Below, piece by piece: positions 25,031-37,426 of a stretch of 64,000 nt of DNA. This DNA is from the human T2T-CHM13v2.0 reference genome, Homo sapiens. Below the pieces are notes generated by a model. The model saw only the letters and a program-made list of their open reading frames with translations. It was not told the origin of the DNA and ran no database searches. The translations under genes and the position numbers were made by a program. Location: NCBI RefSeq assembly GCF_009914755.1, contig NC_060948.1; one strand, given 5' to 3'. Position 1 is the first letter of the stretch. The number at the start of each line of letters is the position of its first letter.

Positions 25031-26694
25031 TTGAATGGAATAGAACAGAATGGAATCAAATCGAATGAAATGGAATGGAATAGAAAGGAATGGAATGAAA
25101 TGGAATGGAAAGGATTCGAATGGAATGCAATCGAATGGAATGGAATCGAACGGAATGGAATAAAATGGAAGAAAACTGGCAAGAAATGGAATCGAAATGA
25201 ATGGAGTGTTATGGAACGGACTCAAAAGGAATTGAATGTAATAGAATGGAGTGGAGTGGACTCGAATATAATGGACTGGAATGGAATGAAATCACATGGA
25301 ATGGGAACGAATGGAATGGAATGGAAAGGAATGGAATCGAATGGAAAGGAATCGAATGGAAGGGAATGAAATTGAATCAACAGGAATGGAAGGGAATAGA
25401 ATAGACGGTAATGGAATGGACTCGAATAGAATGGACACGAATGCTCAAATTGAATGGACTCGAATGGAATGGAAACGAAAGGAATGTCATCGAATGGAAT
25501 TGAATCGATTGGAATGAAATCGCATAGAATGGAGTGGAATCAAATGGAATTGAATCGAAAGGAAAGGAAGCGAATGGACTGAAATGAAATGGAATGGAAT
25601 TGAATGGAAAGTAATGCAATGGAATAGAATGGAACGAAATTTCACGGAATGGAATCAAACTGAATGGAATCAAATCAATGGAATCAAATCAAATGGAATG
25701 GAAAGGAATTGAATGGAGTAGATTGGATTGGATGGGATTGGAATGAAATGTACTGGAAAGGACTCGAATTTCATGAAACGGAATGGAATGAATTGGAACG
25801 GAATGGACTCGAATGGAATGGAATGTCATGGAATGGCATCAAATGGAATGGCATCAAATGGAATGGAATCGAATGGAAAGGACTCGAATGGAAATCACTC
25901 GAATAGAATGCAATTTAATAAAATAGGATCAAATATAATGGAATGGAATGGAAAGGAATCGAAACGAAAGGAATGGAGACAGATGGAATGGAATAGAACA
26001 GAGAGCAATGGTATAGAATGGAATGGAATCATCTGGAATGGAATTGAATGGAATGGAATAATATGAAATGGAATGGAATGGAATGGAATGGAATGCCCTT
26101 GAATTAAATTGACTGGAATGGAATGGACTCGAACAGAGTGGAATGGAAAGTGTTGAGATAGAATGGAATGGACTCCTTTGGAATGGTGTAGTATGCAATG
26201 CAATCGACTGGCAGGGAATCAAAAGGAATGTAATCGAATGGATTGGACTGGAATGCAATGGACTCGAATAGATTGCAAACAGAATGCAAAGGAATGGAAT
26301 GGAATAGTATGGAATGGAATGGAAAGGAATGGAGTGGAATAGACTAGAGTGGAATGGAATGGACTGGAAAGCAATGGACTGGAATGGAACTTTCTTGAAT
26401 GGAGTGGAATCAAACGGAATGGAATGCAATGCAATCAAATGGCATGGAATAAAATAGAATGAAAGAGAATCAAATGGAATTGAATCGAATGGAATCGAAT
26501 GGATTGGAAAGGAATAGAATGGAATGGAATGGAATTGACTCAAATGGAATGGACTAGAATGGAATGGATTCGAATGGAAGGCAAAGGAATGGAATCTATT
26601 GGAATGGACTGTAATGGAATGGAATGGAAGGGATTGGAATGGACTCGAATGGAATGGACTGCAATAGAAAGGATTTGAATGGAATGAAAAAGAA
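25031..26694 (+). repeat. Partial DYZ1 unit U8 (1664 bp; lacks ~1.9 kb including the EcoRI and HaeIII sites)
   Basis: Anchor spacing 25031 to 26695. The junction at 25857-25875 joins the GGCATCAAAT block directly to the GGAAATCACTC block. Confidence 0.92.
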
Positions 26695-29600
26695 TTGAAT
26701 GGAATAGAACAGAATGGAATCAAATCGAATGAAATGGAATGGAATAGAAAGGAATGGAATGAAATGGAATGGAAAGGATTCGAATGGAATGCAATCGAAT
26801 GGAATGGAATCGAACGGAATGGAATAAAATGGAAGAAAACTGGCAAGAAATGGAATCGAAATGAATGGAGTGTTATGGAACGGACTCAAAAGGAATTGAA
26901 TGTAATAGAATGGAGTGGAGTGGACTCGAATATAATGGACTGGAATGGAATGAAATCACATGGAATGGGAACGAATGGAATGGAATGGAAAGGAATGGAA
27001 TCGAATGGAAAGGAATCGAATGGAAGGGAATGAAATTGAATCAACAGGAATGGAAGGGAATAGAATAGACGGTAATGGAATGGACTCGAATAGAATGGAC
27101 ACGAATGCTCAAATTGAATGGACTCGAATGGAATGGAAACGAAAGGAATGTCATCGAATGGAATTGAATCGATTGGAATGAAATCGCATAGAATGGAGTG
27201 GAATCAAATGGAATTGAATCGAAAGGAAAGGAAGCGAATGGACTGAAATGAAATGGAATGGAATTGAATGGAAAGTAATGCAATGGAATAGAATGGAACG
27301 AAATTTCACGGAATGGAATCAAACTGAATGGAATCAAATCAATGGAATCAAATCAAATGGAATGGAAAGGAATTGAATGGAGTAGATTGGATTGGATGGG
27401 ATTGGAATGAAATGTACTGGAAAGGACTCGAATTTCATGAAACGGAATGGAATGAATTGGAACGGAATGGACTCGAATGGAATGGAATGTCATGGAATGG
27501 CATCAAATGGAATGGCATCAAATGGAATGGAATCGAATGCAATGGAATGCTATGGAATGGAATGGAATGCATTGGAATGGAATGTCCTCTAATGGAATGG
27601 ATTCGAGTGGAATGGAATCGAATATAATGGAGTCGAATGAAATGGAATTGAAAGGAATGGGATCGAATACAATGGAATATACTGGAATGTAATGTAATGA
27701 ACTCGAATGTAATTGACTGGAATGGAATGTACATGAATGGAATGTAATCGAATGGAAAGTAATCCAATGGAATAGAATCTAATGCAATAAAATCGACTCA
27801 GATAGATTAGAATGTAATGGAATGGAGTGCAGTGCAATGGAATGGAATGGAATGGAATGCAATGGAATGGAATGGAATGGAATGGAATGGAATGGAATGG
27901 AATGGAATGGGATGGAATGGTATGGAATGGTATGGAATGGATAGTAATGGACTGGAGTGAAATGGACTGGAAAGGAATGGACTCAAATTGAAAGGGCTCG
28001 AAAGGAATGGAGTCAAATGGAATGGTCTGGAATGGAATGAACACGAATGTAATGCAATCCAATAGAATGGAATCGAATGGCATGGAATATAAAGAAATGG
28101 ATTCGAAGAGAATGGAAACAAATGGAATGGAATTGAATGGAATGGAATTGAATGGAATGGGAACGAATGGAGTGAAATTGTATGCAGTAGAAGGGAATAG
28201 AATGGAATGCAAGCGAAAGGAAAGGAATGGATTGGAATGGAATGGAATTCATTGGAATGGAAGGGAATGTAGTGTAATGGACAGGCCTGGAATAAAGTGG
28301 AATGCTACGGTCTCGAATGGAATAAAAATGTATGGAATGGAATACAAAGAAACGGAATCGAATGTCATAGAATGTAATGGAATGCAACAAAATGGAATCC
28401 AAAATCATTGACTGGAAAGGCTGGGTGTCGAAAGGAATTGACTCCAATGGAATGGAATCGAATGGAATGGAAGTGAATAGAATCGAACTAAATCGAATGG
28501 AATGGAATTGATAGGAACGGAATGGAAAGGAATGCAATGATTTGGCATGGAATGGAATCGAATGGCATCGAATGGAATGGAATGGAATGCAATGGAATGG
28601 AATGTATTAGAATGTAATGAACTTTAATGGAATGTACTCGAATGGATTCGACTGGAATGGAATGTTCTGGAAGTGAATGGACTCCAATGGAATGGATTCA
28701 AAAGGAATGGAATCGTACGGAATGGAATCTAATGGAATGGAATTAAATGGAAATGAATCAAATTGAATAGCACGGAATTGAATTGAATGGAATGGAATGC
28801 AATGGAATCTAATGAAACGGAAAGGAAAGGAATGGAATGGAATGGAATGGGCTGGAATGGAAAGGAATCGAAACGAATGGAATGGAATCGAACTGAAGAG
28901 ACTGGAATGGAATGCACTGGAATGGAAGGGAGTGTAATGGAAGGTTCTCGAAAAAAATGGAATCGAATGGAATGGAATTGAATGGAACGGAATAGAGTCG
29001 AATGGAATTGAATGGAATGGAATGGACTAGAGTGAACTGGAATCAAACCACAAGGAATGGAGAGGAATAGAATGGTCTCGAATTGAATGGAATCGTATGG
29101 AATGGCATCAAACGGAATGGAATGGACAGCCACGGAATGGAATGCACTCGAATGCAATGGAGTCGAAACTAATGGACTGGAATAGAATGGACTCGACTGG
29201 TACGGACTCCAATGGAATGGAATCGAATGGAAGGGAATCGAACGGAATGGACTCGAAGGGAAAAGACTGCAATGGAAAGGTCTGGAATGGAATGGAAATT
29301 AATGGAATGGAATGGAATCGAATGAAATGGAGTCAAAAGGAATGGAATCGAATGGCAAGAAATCGAATGTAATGGAATCGCAAGGAATTGATGTGAACGG
29401 AACGGAATGGAATGGAATCCAAAGGAATGGAATAGAATGGAATGGAATCGAATGGAAAGGACTCGAATGGAAATCACTCGAATAGAATGCAATTTAATAA
29501 AATAGGATCAAATGGAATGGAATGGAATGGAAAGGAATCGAAACGAAAGGAATGGAGACAGATGGAATGGAATGGAACAGAGAGCAATGCTATAGAATGG

Positions 29601-30273
29601 AATGGAATCATCTGGAATGGAATTGAATGGAATGGAATAATATGAAATGGAATGGAATGGAATGGAATGGAATGCCCTTGAATTAAATGGACTGGAATGG
29701 AATGGACTCCAACAGAGTGGAATGGAAAGTGTTGAGATAGAATGGAATGGACTCCTTTGGAATGGTCTAGTATGCAATGCAATCGACTGGCAGGGAATCA
29801 AAAGGAATGTAATCGAATGGATTGGACTGGAATGCAATGGACTCGAATAGATTGGAAACGGAATGCAAAGGAATGGAATGGAATAGTATGGAATGGAATG
29901 GAAAGGAATGGAGTGGAATAGACTAGAGTGGAATGGAATGGACTGGAAAGCAATGGACTGGAATGGAACTTTCTTGAATGGACTGGAATCAAACGGAATG
30001 GAATGCAATGCAATCAAATGGCATGGAATAAAATAGAATGAAAGAGAATCAAATGGAATTGAATCGAATGGAATCGAATGGATTGGAAAGGAATAGAATG
30101 GAATGGAATGGAATTGACTCAAATGGAATGGACTAGAATGGAATGGATTCGAATGGAAGGCAAAGGAATGGAATCTATTGGAATGGACTGTAATGGAATG
30201 GAATGGAAGGGATTGGAATGGACTCGAATGGAATGGACTGCAATAGAAAGGATTCCAATGGAATGAAAAAGAA
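26695..30273 (+). repeat. DYZ1 unit U9 (3579 bp)
   Basis: Anchor spacing; 10 bp GGTATGGAAT duplication at 27919-27938. Confidence 0.9.
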
Positions 30274-33200
30274 TTGAATGGAATAGAACAGAATGGAATC
30301 AAATCGAATGAAATGGAATGGAATAGAAAGGAATGGAATGAAATGGAATGGAAAGGATTCGAATGGAATGCAATCGAATGGAATGGAATCGAACGGAATG
30401 GAATAAAATGGAAGAAAACTGGCAAGAAATGGAATCGAAATGAATGGAGTATTATGGAACGGACTCAAAAGGAATTGAATGTAATAGAATGGAGTGGAGT
30501 GGACTCGAATATAATGGACTGGAATGGAATGAAATCACATGGAATGGGAACGAATGGAATGGAATGGAAAGGAATGGAATGGAATGGAAAGGAATCGAAT
30601 GGAAGGGAATGAAATTGAATCAACAGGAATGGAAGGGAATAGAATAGACGGTAATGGAATGGACTCGAATAGAATGGACACGAATGCTCAAATTGAATGG
30701 ACTCGAATGGAATGGAAACGAAAGGAATGTCATCGAATGGAATTGAATCGATTGGAATGAAATCGCATAGAATGGAGTGGAATCAAATGGAATTGAATCG
30801 AAAGGAAAGGAAGCGAATGGACTGAAATGAAATGGAATGGAATTGAATGGAAAGTAATGCAATGGAATAGAATGGAACGAAATTTCACGGAATGGAATCA
30901 AACTGAATGGAATCAAATCAATGGAATCTAATCAAATGGAATGGAAAGGAATTGAATGGAGTAGATTGGATTGGATGGGATTGGAATGAAATGTACTGGA
31001 AAGGACTCGAATTTCATGAAACGGAATGGAATGAATTGGAACGGAATGGACTCGAATGGAATGGAATGTCATGGAATGGCATCAAATGGAATGGCATCAA
31101 ATGGAATGGAATCGAATGCAATGGAATGTTATGGAATGGAATGGAATGCATTGGAATGGAATGTCCTCTAATGGAATGGATTCGAGTGGAATGGAATCGA
31201 ATATAATGGAGTCGAATGAAATGGAATTGAAAGGAATGGGATCGAATAGAATGGAATATACTGGAATGTAATGTAATGAACTCGAATGTAATTGACTGGA
31301 ATGGAATGTACATGAATGGAAGGTAATCGAATGGAAAGTAATCCAATGGAATAGAATCTAATGCAATAAAACCGACTCAGATAGAGTAGAATGTAATGGA
31401 ATGGAGTGCAGTGCAATGGAATGGAATGGAATTGAATGCAATGGAATGGAATGGAATGGAATGGAATGGAATGGAATGGAATGGAATGGAATGGAATGGG
31501 ATGGAATGGTATGGAATGGATAGAAATGGACTGGAGTGAAATGGACTGGAAAGGAATGGACTCAAATTGAAAGGGCTCGAAAGGAATGGAGTCAAATGGA
31601 ATGGTCTGGAATGGAATGAACACGAATGTAATGCAATCCAATAGAATGGAATCGAATGGCATGGAATATAAAGAAATGGATACGAAGAGAATGGAAACAA
31701 ATGGAATGGAATTGAATGGAATGGAATTGAATGGAATGGGAACGAATGGAGTGAAATTGTATGCAGTAGAAGGGAATAGAATGGAATGCAAGCGAAAGGA
31801 AAGGAATGGATTGGAATGGAATGGAATTCATTGGAATGGAAGGGAATGTAGTGTAATGGACAGGCCTGGAATAAAGTGGAATGCTACGGTCTCGAATGGA
31901 ATAAAAATGTATGGAATGGAATGCAATGAAACGGAATCGAATGTCATAGAATGTAATGGAATGCAACAAAATGGAATCCAAAATCATTGACTGGAAAGGC
32001 TGGGTGTCGAAAGGAATTGACTCCAATGGAATGGAATCGAATGGAATGGAAGTGAATAGAATCGAACTAAATCGAATGGAATGGAATTGATAGGAACGGA
32101 ATGGAAAGGAATGCAATGATTTGGCATGGAATGGAATCGAATGGCATCGAATGGAATGGAATGGAATGCAATGGAATGGAATGTATTAGAATGTAATGAA
32201 CTTTAATGGAATGTACTCGAATGGATTCGACTGGAATGGAATGTTCTGGAAGTGAATGGACTCCAATGGAATGGATTCAAAAGGAATGGAATCGTACGGA
32301 ATGGAATCTAATGGAATGGAATTAAATGGAAATGAATCAAATTGAATAGCACGGAATTGAATTGAATGGAATGGAATGCAATGGAATCTAATGAAACGGA
32401 AAGGAAAGGAATGGAATGGAATGGAATGGGCTGGAATGGAAAGGAATCGAAACGAATGGAATGGAATCGAACTGAAGAGACTGGAATGGAATGCACTGGA
32501 ATGGAAGGGAGTGTAATGGAAGGTTCTCGAAAAAAATGGAATCGAATGGAATGGAATTGAATGGAACGGAATAGAGTCGAATGGAATTGAATGGAATGGA
32601 ATGGACTAGAGTGAAATGGAATCGAACCACAAGGAATGGAGAGGAATAGAATGGTCTCGAATTGAATGGAATCATATGGAATGGCATCAAACGGAATGGA
32701 ATGGACAGCCACGGAATGGAATGCACTCGAATGCAATGGAGTCGAAACTAATGGACTGGAATAGAATGGACTCGACTGGTACGGACTCCAATGGAATGGA
32801 ATCGAATGGAAGGGAATCGAACGGAATGGACTCGAAGGGAAAAGACTGCAATGGAAAGGTCTCGAATGGAATGGAAATTAATGGAATGGAATGGAATCGA
32901 ATGAAATGGAGTCAAAAGGAATGGAATCGAATGGCAAGAAATCGAATGTAATGGAATCGCAAGGAATTGATGTGAACGGAACGGAATGGAATGGAATCCA
33001 AAGGAATGGAATAGAATGGAATGGAATCGAATGGAAAGGACTCGAATGGAAATCACTCGAATAGAATGCAATTTAATAAAATAGGATCAAATATAATGGA
33101 ATGGAATGGAAAGGAATCGAAACGAAAGGAATGGAGACAGATGGAATGGAATAGAACAGAGAGCAATGGTATAGAATGGAATGGAATCATCTGGAATGGA

Positions 33201-33852
33201 ATTGAATGGAATGGAATAATATGAAATGGAATGGAATGGAATGGAATGGAATGCCCTTGAATTAAATGGACTGGAATGGAATGGACTCGAACAGAGTGGA
33301 ATGGAAAGTGTTGAGATAGAATGGAATGGACTCCTTTGGAATGGTGTAGTATGCAATGCAATCGACTGGCAGGGAATCAAAAGGAATGTAATCGAATGGA
33401 TTGGACTGGAATGCAATGGACTCGAATAGATTGCAAACAGAATGCAAAGGAATGGAATGGAATAGTATGGAATGGAATGGAAAGGAATGGAGTGGAATAG
33501 ACTAGAGTGGAATGGAATGGACTGGAAAGCAATGGACTGGAATGGAACTTTCTTGAATGGACTGGAATCAAACGGAATGGAATGCAATGCAATCAAATGG
33601 CATGGAATAAAATAGAATGAAAGAGAATCAAATGGAATTGAATCGAATGGAATCGAATGGATTGGAAAGGAATAGAATGGAATGGAATGGAATGGACTCA
33701 AATGGAATGGACTAGAATGGAATGGATTCGAATGGAAGGCAAAGGAATGGAATCTATTGGAATGGACTGTAATGGAATGGAATGGAAGGGATTGGAATGG
33801 ACTCGAATGGAATGGACTGCAATAGAAAGGATTCGAATGGAATGAAAAAGAA
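30274..33852 (+). repeat. DYZ1 unit U10 (3579 bp)
   Basis: Anchor spacing. Confidence 0.9.
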
Positions 33853-36800
33853 TTGAATGGAATAGAACAGAATGGAATCAAATCGAATGAAATGGAATGG
33901 AATAGAAAGGAATGGAATGAAATGGAATGGAAAGGATTCGAATGGAATGCAATCGAATGGAATGGAATCGAACGGAATGGAATAAAATGGAAGAAAACTG
34001 GCAAGAAATGGAATCGAAATGAATGGAGTGTTATGGAACGGACTCAAAAGGAATTGAATGTAATAGAATGGAGTGGAGTGGACTCGAATATAATGGACTG
34101 GAATGGAATGAAATCACATGGAATGGGAACGAATGGAATGGAATGGAAAGGAATGGAATCGAATGGAAAGGAATCGAATGGAAGGGAATGAAATTGAATC
34201 AACAGGAATGGAAGGGAATAGAATAGACGGTAATGGAATGGACTCGAATAGAATGGACACGAATGCTCAAATTGAATGGACTCGAATGGAATGGAAACGA
34301 AAGGAATGTCATCGAATGGAATTGAATCGATTGGAATGAAATCGCATAGAATGGAGTGGAATCAAATGGAATTGAATCGAAAGGAAAGGAAGCGAATGGA
34401 CTGAAATGAAATGGAATGGAATTGAATGGAAAGTAATGCAATGGAATAGAATGGAACGAAATTTCACGGAATGGAATCAAACTGAATGGAATCAAATCAA
34501 TGGAATCAAATCAAATGGAATGGAAAGGAATTGAATGGAGTAGATTGGATTGGATGGGATTGGAATGAAATGTACTGGAAAGGACTCGAATTTCATGAAA
34601 CGGAATGGAATGAATTGGAACGGAATGGACTCGAATGGAATGGAATGTCATGGAATGGCATCAAATGGAATGGCATCAAATGGAATGGAATCGAATGCAA
34701 TGGAATGCTATGGAATGGAATGGAATGCATTGGAATGGAATGTCCTCTAATGGAATGGATTCGAGTGGAATGGAATCGAATATAATGGAGTCGAATGAAA
34801 TGGAATTGAAAGGAATGGGATCGAATACAATGGAATATACTGGAATGTAATGTAATGAACTCGAATGTAATTGACTGGAATGGAATGTACATGAATGGAA
34901 TGTAATCGAATGGAAAGTAATCCAATGGAATAGAATCTAATGCAATAAAATCGACTCAGATAGAGTAGAATGTAATGGAATGGAGTGCAGTGAAATGGAA
35001 TGGAATGGAATGGAATGCAATGGAATGGAATGGAATGGAATGGAATGGAATGGAATGGAATGGAATGGAATGGGATGGAATGGTATGGAATGGATAGTAA
35101 TGGACTGGAGTGAAATGGACTGGAAAGGAATGGACTCAAATTGAAAGGGCTCGAAAGGAATGGAGTCAAATGGAATGGTCTGGAATGGAATGAACACGAA
35201 TGTAATGCAATCCAATAGAATGGAATCGAATGGCATGGAATATAAAGAAATGGATTCGAAGAGAATGGAAACAAATGGAATGGAATTGAATGGAATGGAA
35301 TTGAATGGAATGGGAACGAATGGAGTGAAATTGTATGCAGTAGAAGGGAATAGAATGGAATGCAAGCGAAAGGAAAGGAATGGATTGGAATGGAATGGAA
35401 TTCATTGGAATGGAAGGGAATGTAGTGTAATGGACAGGCCTGGAATAAAGTGGAATGCTACGGTCTCGAATGGAATAAAAATGTATGGAATGGAATACAA
35501 AGAAACGGAATCGAATGTCATAGAATGTAATGGAATGCAACAAAATGGAATCCAAAATCATTGACTGGAAAGGCTGGGTGTCGAAAGGAATTGACTCCAA
35601 TGGAATGGAATCGAATGGAATGGAAGTGAATAGAATCGAACTAAATCGAATGGAATGGAATTGATAGGAACGGAATGGAAAGGAATGCAATGATTTGGCA
35701 TGGAATGGAATCGAATGGCATCGAATGGAATGGAATGGAATGCAATGGAATGGAATGTATTAGAATGTAATGAACTTTAATGGAATGTACTCGAATGGAT
35801 TCGACTGGAATGGAATGTTCTGGAAGTGAATGGACTCCAATGGAATGGATTCAAAAGGAATGGAATCGTACGGAATGGAATCTAATGGAATGGAATTAAA
35901 TGGAAATGAATCAAATTGAATAGCACGGAATTGAATTGAATGGAATGGAATGCAATGGAATCTAATGAAACGGAAAGGAAAGGAATGGAATGGAATGGAA
36001 TGGGCTGGAATGGAAAGGAATCGAAACGAATGGAATGGAATCGAACTGAAGAGACTGGAATGGAATGCACTGGAATGGAAGGGAGTGTAATGGAAGGTTC
36101 TCGAAAAAAATGGAATCGAATGGAATGGAATTGAATGGAACGGAATAGAGTCGAATGGAATTGAATGGAATGGAATGGACTAGAGTGAAATGGAATCGAA
36201 CCACAAGGAATGGAGAGGAATAGAATGGTCTCGAATTGAATGGAATCATATGGAATGGCATCAAACGGAATGGAATGGACAGCCACGGAATGGAATGCAC
36301 TCGAATGCAATGGAGTCGAAACTAATGGACTGGAATAGAATGGACTCGACTGGTACGGACTCCAATGGAATGGAATCGAATGGAAGGGAATCGAACGGAA
36401 TGGACTCGAAGGGAAAAGACTGCAATGGAAAGGTCTCGAATGGAATGGAAATTAATGGAATGGAATGGAATCGAATGAAATGGAGTCAAAAGGAATGGAA
36501 TCGAATGGCAAGAAATCGAATGTAATGGAATCGCAAGGAATTGATGTGAACGGAACGGAATGGAATGGAATCCAAAGGAATGGAATAGAATGGAATGGAA
36601 TCGAATGGAAAGGACTCGAATGGAAATCACTCGAATAGAATGCAATTTAATAAAATAGGATCAAATATAATGGAATGGAATGGAAAGGAATCGAAACGAA
36701 AGGAATGGAGACAGATGGAATGGAATAGAACAGAGAGCAATGGTATAGAATGGAATGGAATCATCTGGAATGGAATTGAATGGAATGGAATAATATGAAA

Positions 36801-37426
36801 TGGAATGGAATGGAATGGAATGGAATGCCCTTGAATTAAATGGACTGGAATGGAATGGACTCGAACAGAGTGGAATGGAAAGTGTTGAGATAGAATGGAA
36901 TGGACTCCTTTGGAATGGTGTAGTATGCAATGCAATCGACTGGCAGGGAATCAAAAGGAATGTAATCGAATGGATTGGACTGGAATGCAATGGACTCGAA
37001 TAGATTGCAAACAGAATGCAAAGGAATGGAATGGAATAGTATGGAATGGAATGGAAAGGAATGGAGTGGAATAGACTAGAGTGGAATGGAATGGACTGGA
37101 AAGCAATGGACTGGAATGGAACTTTCTTGAATGGACTGGAATCAAACGGAATGGAATGCAATGCAATCAAATGGCATGGAATAAAATAGAATGAAAGAGA
37201 ATCAAATGGAATTGAATCGAATGGAATCGAATGGATTGGAAAGGAATAGAATGGAATGGAATGGAATGGACTCAAATGGAATGGACTAGAATGGAATGGA
37301 TTCGAATGGAAGGCAAAGGAATGGAATCTATTGGAATGGACTGTAATGGAATGGAATGGAAGGGATTGGAATGGACTCGAATGGAATGGACTGCAATAGA
37401 AAGGATTCGAATGGAATGAAAAAGAA
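33853..37426 (+). repeat. DYZ1 unit U11 (3574 bp)
   Basis: Anchor spacing. Confidence 0.9.

Noticed and set aside
25728-26066. Unique 112 aa fusion ORF
   Set aside because: It only marks the rearrangement junction at 25857-25875, with no evidence of coding function.
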